This document shows, piece by piece, positions 11,040-24,364 of a stretch of DNA of 64,000 bases. A program made the translations under genes and the position numbers. Under the pieces are notes generated by a model. The model searched no databases. It saw nothing but the letters and a program-made list of their open reading frames with translations, and was not told the DNA's origin. Origin of the DNA: Botryllus schlosseri (lineage: Eukaryota). The DNA lies in assembly GCA_051294905.1 (NCBI GenBank), contig CM119371.1, forward strand, positions 24,120,001-24,184,000, given 5' to 3'. Numbering within the stretch: position 1 is the stretch's first letter; every line of letters starts with the position of its first letter.

Positions 11040-13336
11040 GTACAGTGACTTTGTGGATGTGGTTGAACGTGTTGCTAATCTCATCATAGCGGAAGGAATA
11101 AAGAAGATGTTGATTGCGTACGGCATTACGAGAGAACACATTGCTTTAATAATTGAAGGTAATTCGTTCAAGAATATCAACATGCGATATGTTATGATTA
11201 CCGGTATGTTGTCAAGAGGGTTCTTACAGCAAGCAGCAGTGTGAGAAATATTGGTAGATTGCCTTTTAGATCAACTTGCAGTAGCATCGAAACTGAGTTT
11301 CAGAATGTCAGTTAATCCTCTAACTTGATGCAATATGGGTTTACAACTAGAATTCTTGACCAAGTTATATAGATCTTGCTTTGCAGTTGACTCACTTGTT
11401 TTTCCAATTACATGACATTTTCATTGGTTGAAAACATGATATTTCATTCATGAACCTATTATAATAATTATTGTTAATATTATCCAGTGAAATAAATCTT
11501 ATTATATTCATATCAAGTTCCCTCTATATAACACATAAAAGTGTGTGTGCAATGTGTATGCTTAGCTCACTACATAGCTGCTTTTATAGTAACACTTTGC
11601 CTTTGTAATAGATCAGAGCGGGGTTTCAAATGTTCGTTCCGAGGAGTGTTGAAGCGAAATACTTACTACTCCTGACGAAATATTTGGAGTAGAGCTAGAG
11701 ACAGATGAAGAGGTTAGTATTATTTAACTATTCTAGAATGAATTCATTAATTGGGATAATCCTGTTTATTTTTGTTGCAATTTTATATATTAAATATTGT
11801 TGTGTCAGAACTCTTGCCTTCATATCAACCGGAATGCAATAAGTGGAATATCCTTCAACCAAATCTTCTACTTTATATTTATTTGTAGGGAAAACAAGCC
11901 GCTGCGGTTATGATCCTGAGGGAGTTACGAAATGCAGTAACTGAAAAGAGAATCACAACAGGATTTGAGGGCGATAACGCTTTATCAGGTGAGTTGTAGG
12001 ATTTGCTGCTTGATTAACCTGGAACTGTGTGAACAATGAACATAGATGTACCATAACGTCCTGATTTGTCAGATTTGTACTGATTTCGACTCTTGTCCTG
12101 ATTTTTCGGCAAACATTGTTCGGCGTTTTCCGTAACACCTTGGATGTTTTGCATGCCACTATCTGGCACAAGTTTGAACTTAACAGACCGTCACAAAAGT
12201 ACAGCTAGTTGTTTGAAAATTTTATGGCTTAACCATGCGTGCATGTTGAGTTGGTTCTAATTCGGGGGTCTGTTAATTTCCAAGTGGCGCCACAAACATG
12301 TGTTCTAATTCGGGGGTCTGTTAATTTCCAAGTGGCGCCACAAACATGTGTTCTAATTCGGGGTCTGTTGAGCTCAGACGTGTGCCACATTTTGTTTCTG
12401 GGTGCTGAAAATATGGTAGGCCTATGTTTGGATTGACGCTGTTTACGTTATGACGGTGCAATAAACACTCGAACTGAAAGAAGGCTCCAAAAATAAATGA
12501 TTTTTAAATGCTTTTCAATTACATCATTATTTTTGATAAGGCTATAAATCAAAGTTAGAATAAACTGGTGTAAATTCGTTTTCGTCCCACGCCACGGAAA
12601 ATCATTTCTGCTGCTAATGTAAGTTTTGGTTTTCCTGACTACGAGTTCATGAGGATGGCTACCATGGATATAGTGCATAGAATCGGTGAATGTCAACATA
12701 ATACTTGAGCCGTTCCAAAAGGAACCTGTATGATGGTATACTGATCAAATCTGAATGGATCATTAAAGGTTAGTAAACTTATGATTATGTCGAAAAACCC
12801 ATACATGTCAACGACTAGACAGCATGTCGTGACGACAGAATTTGCTATCACTTGTTTCCATGAGTTAAGCTTGTTAAACCATATTGGCAAAAACCTATAT
12901 TGACCTATTCAGCTCTATTTTTATTCAATATGCATTATCCAGAAGTCGCATAAAGGCAATTCTGCATAATCTAAATCTTGTGCTTTCGATTCACACATGG
13001 ATTATTGGCAATATAATTTTACTTAACATATTTTTTTTTCAATTCCAGGCCCATTCAGTCGAATTAACGGCCACAAAGCTGAGTCCTCGACATCTCGTAC
13101 TAGCGCACCATGAAAATGGTGACCTGCAGTCATGGATCGTGGCGAATGGCATCCGCATAAAGGGATCGTCTCACAATAAAGCGAAACCATTTAAGATTGT
13201 GCTGGATCTTCTCGCGTGTTATTATGTTTGTGACCCCGCATATCCAAAAGTTTTCCAGATACTGTCAATTTTACAGTATGTCCTGATTGGAGACAAAAAT
13301 TTGGGTTTCAATCCAACAAGCTTCTCTGTTTTATGA
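11040..13336 (+). pseudogene. Spliced SAMD3-like / EnSpm ORF2-type gene remnant
   Basis: Exon-like pieces at 11611-11712 (with stops), 11889-11988 and 13049-13336. The last contains LLACYYVCDPAYPKVFQILSILQYVLIG, the typical C-terminal motif of this family. It is followed by a subterminal-type array. Element ends were not identified. Confidence 0.6.
12254..12369. repeat. 48-bp tandem repeat, ~2.4 copies
   Basis: GTTCTAATTCGGGGGTCTGTTAATTTCCAAGTGGCGCCACAAACATGT starts at 12254, 12302 and (partial) 12350. Confidence 0.95.
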
Positions 13337-13419
13337 GCAGATTCCAGAAATCCCAGTAATGATTTTGATTTCGTTTGCTGACTTGGACAACTATATAATT
13401 CTAGTACTAGCCTAGTTGT

Positions 13420-14700
13420 CTAATTAGAGTGAAAAAAAAATGTGTAGCTAAAATTCTGATTTTACTCTAATTTTGAAAATAAATAGCTATAATTATAATT
13501 CTACTTTAATTCGTGAAGTGCTTCGTCTTTCTCATTCGAATCTAATTTGTGAAAACAACTGAACCTATAATTCTAATTGTACTCTAATTTGGAAAAAACA
13601 GTGTAGCTATAGTTCTAATTCTACTCTATAATTTGAAAAAAAACTGTTACTATAATTCTGATCCCACTCTAATTTCGAAAAAGCTACAAATCTAATTCTA
13701 CTCTAATTTGGAAAAAGTTGTGTAGCTATAAATTGTGATGCTACTCTAATTTGTGAAATGTTTCTTTGCTCTCAATCGAATCTAATTTAGAAAACAACTA
13801 CCGTATAGCTATATTTCAAATTCTACTCTAATTTGAAATAAAAACTACCTCTGGTTGGATTCTAGTCTAATTCAGTAAATATACTGCAGTAATTATTCTG
13901 ATTCTACTCCAATTTTTCAAATGTTACTTTGCTCTGATTCGAATATAATTTGTGATAACAACTGTGTCGCTATAATTCTAATTCTACTCCAATTTTGGAA
14001 ATGTTTTTTTGATCTAATTAGAATCTAATTTGTGATAAGAACTGTGTCGCTATGATTCTAACTCTACTCCAATTTATGAAATGTTTTTTGCATTAACTAG
14101 AATCTAATTTGTGATAACAACTGTGTCGCTATGACTTTAATTCTACTCCAATTTGGGAAAGATTTTTTTGCACTAATTAGAATCTAATTTGTGAAAACAA
14201 CTGTGTAGCTATGATTGTAATTCTACTCCAATTTTTGAAATGCTTCTTTGCTTTGATTCAAATGTAATTTGTGGCTGCAACTGGTCGCTATAATTCTAAT
14301 TCCATACCAATTTGTGAAATGTTTCTTTGCTCTAATTAGAAAGTAATTTGTTAAAACAACCGTGTCGCTAGGATTGTAATTCTACTCCAATTTTTGAAAT
14401 GTTTTTTGCTTTAATTAGAATCTAATTTGTGATAACAACTGTGTCGCTATGATTCTAATTCTATCCCAATTTGTGAAATGTTTCTTTGCTCTGATTCAAA
14501 TGTAATTTGTGGTTGCAACTGTGTCGCTATAATTCTATTTCCACATCAATTTGTGAAATGCTTTTTTTCTCTAATTAGATTCTAATTTGCAAAAACAACT
14601 GTGTCGCTATAATTCTAATTCTACACCAATTAGTGAAACGTTTCTTTGCTCTAATTAGAATCTAATTTATGATAACTTTGTAGCTGTAGTTCTTATTTCT
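13420..14700. repeat. ~80-bp tandem array (two ~40-bp subunits), probable CMC-transposon subterminal repeats
   Basis: ACTGTGTCGC recurs at ~13961, 14041, 14120, 14438 and 14598. Unit is approximately TATAATTCTAATTCTACTCCAATTTGTGAAATG..CTAATTAGAATCTAATTTGTGATAACAACTGTGTCGC. Confidence 0.9.
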
Positions 14701-15262
14701 ATTTGGAAAAGCTTAAGTTTTTCAATTGTGCAAGCTAGAAATTCACACATTTTCGTCTGCAAATGAATGTTCTGTATTGATCTTTCGTTGCAATAAAATC
14801 TTTTTTGAGCCTAAGCTGAGTAAAAATTCATGGACGGCTGGTATTAATTTCGAGCTCTGCACCAGTCAACATGAACACACCACCACTAAACACAGGATAG
14901 CCAGGCACACATCGGCTCCAGCACGTTGTGTGGTAGTTAAAAAAAAACCGGATTTGGCATGTAAGTTTGCGTACCTCTGCACGCATTGGAATTTAGAGTG
15001 TAGAGTACCACGTTATTCCAAAGCCATCGCATACATTATTATTGCCCGTAAATAATACTTACTGTGGCAATCCCACATATAGCCCAAGTGAAATTATTGC
15101 ATGTACGATTCAAAGAGGTTCAAATGCGCGTGGAGCGCCCGTTTTATTTACAAAATCGATTGAGCAGATACCTGGTTGTCATATATTAACATATTAGTAA
15201 AAGTTATTTTAACGACGGTTAAGGACAGAGCGAGCTCTTTTATCGGCGATGATGCTGTAGAC

Positions 15263-16410
15263 CAGTGGTTCTTAACCCTGCCTCCAGCGCCCCCCCAGGG
15301 TGGATTTTGATTTTCAAGGGGGCGGAAACGCTCAGGGGTGATATGGGGGGGCGCTGGTCTCAGGGGGGCGGTACGGGGGGCGCTGAAGCAAAATGGCTTC
15401 ACAGTAGATTGTGTAGTATAGTAAAACATATTATTAACAAGTTATCAGAGCAAATTAGGATTCGACAAAACATGTCAAATCGACGGTGTTTGCTACATAT
15501 ATGTTCTCTTCAAAAATTACACATCAATTTCTGACGGTTTATACAAGTTTTCCACTTTTAGTAGGCATTTCGGCGTCGGCCATTACCACACCACGAGGCA
15601 CGAAGACGTGCCATATGAAGTTTCAGCCAATATGGGACTCCGAGAAATGTGCCAAAGCATCGTCAGGGAAAAAACATTTGCTGAAAAGAATTGCCCTCAT
15701 GTGGACCATAAATTTCGATATAATTATGTCTCGTTATCCAGTTTAAATGGCCCTTGCCAAATTGTTATGTCGTGACAATCTGAACCCGACAGGACAAATA
15801 ACATCCAACAAAGAAAAATTAATTGCCATTGAAGAAATACAAATTTTGAATCGTGTGCTTATCTTGGTTTAGTATGTTTATGCGATTTCAATATCTTTTG
15901 ACTATAATAGCCAGCAGATAAAACACACAAATTAACAACATGCAACGAAGTAATTTTACCAACGGGCCCGCCCGAATATATTTAATTATTAATTACGTGC
16001 ATGCATTGTCCCAGACAACAGCTCATAGAACGAAACCGGTGAATCTTATGGCGTGGGCTGACAGGATAGGAAATGATAGCGATATATATGCAATTACCAA
16101 TATTTTTGTCCGATTCCATGATCCGTTACAAAGAGAAAACTTTCGTTCCTAGGCGACCAGGCCTCATAAAACTTTGCTCAACATCGAAATCACGCGACGC
16201 TGGGTCTTGGGGAACGCTCCACAGAAGTTAGGTTTATCACCCTATCGGGGCCCAATACCAACTTTTTTTGAGGGGGCAAGCGAATTGCTGTTACGGCCCG
16301 TCCTTTTACCAATTTATTTTATCACAGTCTTTAAAATATGGTGTTGGGGGCGCTAGAACACTGAAAGTTTTGAAAGGGGGTGCTGGAGGGAAAAAGGTTA
16401 AGACCCACTG
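15263..16410. mobile_element. hAT MITE
   Basis: TIRs CAGTGGTTCTTAACC / GGTTAAGACCCACTG; perfect 8-bp TSD CTGTAGAC. Confidence 0.92.
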
Positions 16411-18370
16411 CTGTAGACCGAATTAACCTCATCGAAAACGTAAAAAGAAGTATTAGAATCCAATTCGTGACGTGCTCGATTTAAGTACGGCTGAGAGCTT
16501 CGGAATGTTTTGCGAAGGATAATATTTGACGACTTGAATATTGACTTGCCAATATGTATCCCAATCACTAGTAACATTGCGGACAGCAAAGTTTGATTGC
16601 ACTAGGTTTCTGTCCAAATCATAATCGTGAACTCCTAAGCTGCATATCAGGAAACTGTCTTATTTTCGCATCCTCATGCGACACCACGATATAGGAATAC
16701 CAGATACCACATTTTACAAGGACTTGGCGAGGGGGAAGCGAGGTGACTTGGCGAGGGGGAATTGCAGTTTCCTAGATAATTGTAACCTGCAAATAGTTTT
16801 ATTGGTTAACGGAAATGCTTCATTGTTCTTTCGGACCTATTACACAATTGAAACTAATGAACTACTCACACTTCAAACCCACATACATTTATGTACTTAC
16901 ATCTAAATGTTGAGAGTTCGACATTGCACGCTACATCCAGATATGTATCTATATATGAAAGTGGTTCTTACCAGCTGCTCCACGCAACACTATAGATAGG
17001 AGTTCCGTGGCACAGTCTCATGGTTTCCGCGGAGGCTAAGAGACGCAGTCAACTGATATACGATTTGTGATGATACTCCCATCTTGTCCATCATTGGCTG
17101 CTAATAGGCCTGATCAGTTGTGAAATTGTGACTAGTGGTACGTCGTATGCAGTGACGTACACAAGGGAGGATTGGTTTCGAAATCGAGACCCCGGCAGCC
17201 TTCTGATACGACGGATCGGTGCACATACTCTCTGTACGCGAGATCATGAATTACAATCGTTGATGATCATAGTGCGAGGCTTTGTCTGGATTCTGACTAA
17301 TCAGAGGAAGCCGTCGTTCCATGCATGCTGTCTTTTTACCTGACGATCGACAGGCGATGTACAACCAAATCTGTTTATTATACCCGATGATTTAATCGCA
17401 AGTCCGATGATGTTTTCCGTTCTTCAATGAGTGCAGGCTAAAGTATCTCTCGGCTCTCTGCTGCGAACCCTTGAGGGAACGTGACGACATCTGGCGTTAG
17501 ACATCCTGCTGCGCTCCCACGCCATAGCTCATATATCCAAAAACCTCTATGTATAGGACCAGGATACCACCAGTAACGCCGAAAATTAGCTGTATCTTAC
17601 CAAAGCATGTACGGAAGGAAGCCGACAGCTAATACATGTAATACGAACGACCTCCATACCAGTGTTGGGATGACTCGAGTCATGACTTGACTAGAGTCAG
17701 ACTCGAGTCACCTTTTTCGTATGACTTGACTTGACTCGAGTCACTTTGCTAAAATGACTTGACTTGACTTGACTCGGCGTATCAAAAATGTGGGTTGACT
17801 CGTGACTCGGAGCAAAATTCACGAGTCAATTTCGAGTCATCAAGCAATCGATGTCGATAAAAATCATTGTGTCTTGCATATGTTCGGATTGTACACGAAA
17901 CGCTGGTGTAACCTCTAAGAGCGACCAATCATTCAATGATTGTGCTTTTTACTGAACCTCCATTGTTCTCACACAAATGAATTGATCGGAAACGAAGTGA
18001 TCAAAGTTTACAGCTTACGCTGTCGCAAACTAGTATAGTAAAGCAATTTATTAGCAAAATATATATTTCTGTTCTCTTTTCTTAACTTAACCGAACTTGT
18101 TTTATTGAAATTGAATTCTAATATAGTTTTTATAGTCCTCAACCATTAGAGCAGGTCCGAATTGTATCAATTTGTCACTGCACTGTAAAAAATAATCATG
18201 GGTGTAGCCATAGTCTAGACCTGGTTCCACCTGAGTCATGTTGACATGGAAAAGGCCCATGATAACTTGTCGACATCCATGTAGACCTGTTGACATCCAT
18301 GTTCCTACCCATGTCCTAATAATGCTTCAAATTGACCTTTCACCTCTACTAATGTACACATACCCTGTGG

Positions 18371-21300
18371 TTAGATATATTTAGCTGTATTTGACATCTG
18401 GAATGTTTGCAAGAAAATCTGCGAAAAGTTCAATGAACTCGCTGACGCTGGCGCAAACTTGATGTTGAAAACGCAATATGTCGCCAATGTATGATGGAAA
18501 CTCATTAGTCCATCGACAGATTCCCCAACGAAATGGATTGTCCACTTTTTCTGAAGAGTATCGCACTTCATCGTCGGGTAGACATTCTTCGGATCCTATA
18601 ATGAATATAAATGTCATTACCATCCATGCACTATTCAAGGCACACCGGTTGATAGAATACATACGAATAGTTTCCAAGATGGTTTAAAGTTGTATCAATC
18701 ACAGCCAGTTAAGATGACAGAAATCTATTAGCACCTCATTACATTGACCTTGTCTATGAATTGTCTCGGTATATACAAAATCTACTTTTCACTTGACAAT
18801 ATCAAGTATGCACACATGCACAGTCTTCCATTCCTTTACCTCTGCACCACTATACTATTTGATGCTACGACCTACGATTATCCAATTATTAATAAATGGA
18901 TGGATTAATGCACGGATCGGCGGTAAATCCAGGATTTGAAAACTTGTATTTTGGTGACGGAGTTCAACTTTGGTGATTGTGACCCGGCCAAAGGTTGTTT
19001 GTGTCTTTTCTGGGAATTCCGAAAACAGAACTACTCGCTTTTTCAAATCCGCAAGTAAAACTAAAACTAGGACTAATCAATCACCTTATAAAATTCAAAA
19101 CTAGAATTGTAACTAAAATTACTCAATTTTCAAAATCCACAAATATAACTATAACTTACAACTATACCTAGAACTTTTTAAAATTTGATACTAGAACTAG
19201 TACTAGCAACCTTTTAAAATCAGGAGCTTACGAACTAAATCACAACTAACAATATCAGTGGTTTTTGACTGGTTTTCCCGCGAGGCAATGGCGCACACTA
19301 AACTCACATTGTTTGTAGGGCTGGGCATAATGATTCGAGCACTTGAATCTGAATTGAGTATTATTATTATTATTGTAGTATTGTCTTGTAGTATTATTGA
19401 GCAAACCAGTTTTGGCCATTATCAACAACTCGCCTTATCCACAATCAGGAAGCTGTCGAAGCGTTCATTGAAAATGGTCGGGATGCCGACCACCCAGTCC
19501 AATTTCTGATTACCTGAATGAGAAGTGAGAGATCAGCACAAGTGAAACACTCGAGAAAAAAAAACGTTTTAAAAATTAAATAAATGCAGTTACAAAAATT
19601 AAATGAATGCAGTTACTGTTTGTGTAGTGTGAACTGCAAATATGGGCGTGGCAAAAAATATGCAAATTTTAACATTGCCTTAGGAACCAGACAGTTTTTA
19701 AAATCGGCAACTTGAAATACCCTATTTCTATAATATCCTACCAAGTAATGACCTTCATAAATCCGCAACTAATGAACTATAATACATCGAACTCAGCCAT
19801 GGGCAAAGTGAGCCCCGCTATTTTGAGAAGCACGTGTGGCAATTTTTTGGAATTAAAAACATAAAACCTACTTTTGAATATTGCTGAATAAAACCATAAG
19901 CTGGATAAACTGAGCTGGAACGGAAATTGATTTACTTTGAAACCTGCTCAATAATATATCGCGATTACATAGCCTATAACTCCCAAGCTTGTATGCGTAA
20001 TCCAGATTTAAAATCAAGTCAATGTAGCAAAGTCGTAACAATTAGTCACAATAAGTTACTCCTTCCGTATAGTTTGGTTCAAACCTTCTTTGTTGCCATT
20101 GTCAGTGCGCGTTTTGACTGAGACCTCATCATACATAAAGGGTGAATGGGCATATCATAAAAAGAATGTCGAAAGCTGAAATACAAAGAAGGTATGGAGC
20201 ACTAAACACAGGGCCGCAACTGCCGCATCCCAGACCCCTCAAATGGAGAGGGCCCGAGGTCGAAGCACCAAAAATTACTTCGTAAATGGACATAAATCCT
20301 ATAATTTATGAAACTTAATTCAAATTTTCTTCGCGCGATATATAGTGACTAGATGTTTTGATAATAATATGGGTACCACTCTACCCGCAAGAACAGCTAA
20401 TTTATAGAGATCAGCATTTCGGCGTCGGCCGTTAGCGCGTCAGGACACACCAAGACGTTGACAATGACGTTTCGGCTAACATGTGACTCTGCGAAGTGTG
20501 CTGCAAAAAAGCTCAACGGCGAGGAAACCTTGACCAAAAGTACCGCCACATGTCCGCCGAAACCGATATATATATATGTCAATTTCATCAAGTCGCACTG
20601 TTAAGATATAGCCTACCTTTTAATGTATTGATATAAAAACCCGGATTACAGAGAATTCAAAATGTATCATGTTTAACATTATCTTGAATTAGGAGGGAAA
20701 ATAAATATAAATTTTCATTTCGGTAATTAACCGTACTTTTCTCATTAGGCTATCCAATATCAACACATCCACGGAGACGTATTTATTAAAAATGTAATTC
20801 ACTGCTTTCCATTTATAAATAAAATCAATACACTGGAGAATATAGCTGAACATGTTGGCTCGGCTCGGCACGCCAACTTACTTTCTATTACTGAAGTGGC
20901 CTGCAGAGAAAAATAATTGCCCAACCCTGAACTAACTAGATCTGTGGAATCACTCAGGTAGGCTATTCGATTTCAACCCACCCTCGCGATGACATGTGTT
21001 TTTCAGATATTGAGCACCTACACAACTGCGAAGCTGGAACAAGAATTACTCACTTCCCGAAACCCGCAACTAAAATTTGAACTAATCAATTTTCACAATC
21101 CGCGACTATAGAACTACTCGACAGATATTGACCGCCAACTAACTAAATTTGCGAAAGTCACTTACTTACCCATAACTTTTTGAATTTCTATCGGAATTTC
21201 TTGCGGTTGCAGGAGACTGAGTGCAGAGCTCCAAGTCTTTTCCAAAATCTTTGAGGTCAAGTCAACATCCAAACAGGCTTGATTCAGGCAACATATTTTC

Positions 21301-21790
21301 ACTTCTTCCAAAATCTGAACATTGTGACAGATTTACATCATAGCTAATTAATTAAGTTAGTCTGCAGGAGCCTTAGTACTATCAGTAGTCTCAATTTAAG
21401 CACAGGTCGGGCTTGTGGTCGAGGATATGTCACAACTATCGTGAATTATTTCAGGAATATATATATACGTAGTTTGTTTTGTACTATCATAGCATTCTGA
21501 AAAACGAACTCTTTGTGAGTTTGTTGCAAAGTCGCAGGTTGACTCGATCATGGCAATGTTGTGTTTGAAACCACTGCGTTAGATTGTACCTACCAAGGGA
21601 GCATGGGTCAAAACTGGGTATATCTTCATTCTCCATCAGTATTCCTGCTGATGTTCCATTTACGACACTGTCGCGGCCTGATTTAAAAGTTCTTCTCATT
21701 CTATCTTGCAGCATCTCTTCATCTGGCACCCTCTATTTCCACTCTGACTTATTTCCTTTTGTCGTCGACGCTAAGTTCGTCTTCGGAAGG
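18371..21790 (-). pseudogene. SAMD3-like / EnSpm ORF2 gene remnant
   Basis: Exons near 21590-21790 (DRMRRTFKS), 21170-21315 (ILEEVKICC..LLQPQEIP), 19434-19513 (WVVGIPTIFN) and 18371-18596 (YCVFNIKFAP). Same exon series as the gene at 58927-64000. Confidence 0.75.
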
Positions 21791-22579
21791 GTAGATGTGT
21801 TGACTTTGCAAACAGCTTTCTCTGCAAAAGTATAGAAGAGTCACGATAATACTTGGCTTAGCCATGGAAATATCTCTTCAGCGCAAAAATAGCAACGTGC
21901 TTGTAAGAAATCGATTGAAAGGTTGAAATTAAAGGGGCACCACTCTAAATATGATGTGGTCTCTCATGAAATAATCTATAAAAAACTCCAATTATGATAA
22001 ATCCAATTACCCTAAATATAATTATTTTACTTCATTTTGATTTAATACAGTGTTCAGTATAACAAGTAGATTTAATTTCTTAGCCGTTTTTTTAATCTGG
22101 ACCATACAGTGAAAATGTGACGTTAGTCAAAATAACCCCAAGGGATATCACCAAAACCAGAGACAATTTGAAAAAAACAAGGTCATATTTGGAATCAGTG
22201 TCGTTCGGAACCCCGAAACAACTCTTCCAATATGCGTTAAGAGTGTAATCCTAGTATAGTAGCCTACCAATTTATTTGTGGTAATAATTACTTACTTTCA
22301 TCGTCTGTCAAGATTTGTCATATTACTCCTTTATCTTGAATTGTCGAGAGATCATACGAGGTAAATGCCTCGTCGTAATATAGAAATTGAATATACTGTC
22401 CCCGATATTACTCCGAAATACAGTTCTCACAGTTTCAGCTATCTCAGATCTGTGATCCACTGTAATCACTCGTTCATGATCTCCAGCAGCCTCATTTTCA
22501 ATGTCACAAATATCACATGAGTAATATTACAAACAACTGCAGTATGTATATCTGTAAAATACAAATTTACATCAGTTCC

Positions 22580-22745
22580 TTATGTTTCTAGGGTTTTCAA
22601 ATCTTGAATCAAAGGCTCGAGTATAGCATGATATCCCATATTTTTTAAAGCTGAAGTTTTTTCAATCACCTCAGGATAAATATTCCTCCAGTTGGATAAA
22701 TACTTCATTTTAACATTGCCCAGTACGGTACAAAATAAAAGCAAG
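22580..22745 (-). pseudogene. EnSpm-type transposase fragment
   Basis: CTVLGNVKMKYLSNWRNIY...GYHAILEPLIQDLKTLET resembles the LGN..P.YRS...I...ILEPL..DL..LE block of animal CACTA transposases (recalled). Confidence 0.55.
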
Positions 22746-23064
22746 GGAGCTTGTGAAGCGTCTAGGACTACTAACGCATTACCAACTACCACATGATCTA
22801 CAACTACATACAAATGGATACGCAGTAAACTTTGATCACTATTTGCAGCCGTTTGGCAGTTCCCGCTATATACCGATATCTGACTGAATACGACTAAGTT
22901 GCTTCAGGTTCGACTATACCCAGTGACGCATTGCAGATTCGGCGGATATATTACAACGAAGACAGAAACAATAAATACATCAACACTTACTATCTAGTCC
23001 ACGGCTTAATACAGCAACAAGCCATAAACTCTGCAACTTTGACAAAGACGACCTATGAAATGAC

Positions 23065-23582
23065 TAGGGCTGGGCAAAATCGAGTACCTGAGTGATTCGA
23101 TTCTGAATCACGTAATATGCTTCGAGTCGAGTCGAGTAATCGAGTATCACTCCTTATGACGTCACAAGAGAATGTACCATGTCAAAGTTCAAATATGTAC
23201 CTTTTATGTCACCACAAAGAACATAATGCCTGTTATCCATCACATTAAATATACTTCGGTATTTTTTTCGACCATACCGATTTCATTGCACTTTTTGACA
23301 ATGTTGTGGGATAATCATGACTTCAGAAATGTGTTATTTCCAGTAACGTTCGCAGCTTTGTACCATGCCTGGTATGTTGCGTCACGGCCGATCAAGGTTT
23401 CAGGACTTCCTCAGTGGATCAATAGTATCAAAACTATAATTCTCGTTAGTAAAAATAATTTTCAGTTGTGTGGGGCGTATACTTTCAGTACTCGAAAAAA
23501 TCGTCTTTTACTACTCGACTCGAATCATTGAAATTAATACTCGTTTCAGATTCGAGTACTCGAATCATTGTGCCCAGCCCTA
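23065..23582. mobile_element. hAT MITE nested in the CACTG element
   Basis: TIRs TAGGGCTGGGCA / TGCCCAGCCCTA; TSD GAAATGAC. Confidence 0.9.
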
Positions 23583-23820
23583 GAAATGACCAACTCCATC
23601 AAACTTCCTCTTTTTTCCAATCCTTTTGAATTGAATGCTACGGCTATACTGTACGCATGCCTGGTTTTGTAACCAGATAATCCGGAGTCATTATGGCTCC
23701 GTAACCGAACGGCTATGTTTGCGTGCGATGATGTAGCTGTGTACGAATCACGATGTTTGTGTATTGCAATATATCCTGTAAGGATGTAACGATGTTTACT
23801 TGTCACTCAGCTGAAATAAC

Positions 23821-24364
23821 GATATAGTGAAATGGTAAAACGTCCTGCTTCTTGATCGGTAGGTCATATGATCAATTTCCAGCCATGTCAGACCAAAGAC
23901 TAAAAAACTGGTATCCGTGGCTATCCGGCTCAACGTTCAGCATTCTGGGATAGCATGGTTAGCGCATCTCAATCGTCAAAGCATCTCAATGGTGAAAACG
24001 AGAATAAGTCTGATATCTCTCTCCCCCCTCTCTCTCCCCTATCTCTCGCCTCCCCTCTCCCTCCCCCTCTCTCTCTCTCTCGCTCTCCTTTCTCTATGCT
24101 CCCTTTCCCTTCTTTCTCCCCCTCTCTTCTTTCTGCTCTATTCTCTATCTCTCCCCACTCTCTCTCCCCTATCTCTCTCCTCCCCTCCCCTCCCCCTCCC
24201 CTCTCTCTTTCTCTCTCTCCTTTCTATATGATCTCATTCCCTTCTTTCTCCCCCCCACTATTCTTTCTGCTCTATTCTCTATCTCTCTCTCCTTCTCTCC
24301 CTCCTCTCTTCTCTCTCCCTCTCTCGCTCCTCTCTGTCTCTCTCTCTCTCTCTCCCTCTCTCTC
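23821..24364 (+). repeat. Decayed SINE followed by a ~350-bp CT-rich polypyrimidine microsatellite
   Basis: Homologous to the 10334 SINE (ACCAAAGACT, GGTATCCG..GCTATCC, AAAGCATCTC). The CT tract runs 24016-24364. Confidence 0.85.

Noticed and set aside
13420..14700. CRISPR-like array
   Set aside because: The whole unit is repeated with no unique spacers, there are no cas genes, and the context is eukaryotic. The same applies to 57780-58900 and 12254-12369.
10153..15000. CACTA termini for the element around the 11040-13336 gene
   Set aside because: CACTAAAAAAA at 10153 and TTTAGAGTG at 15000 are not matching TIRs and share no TSD.
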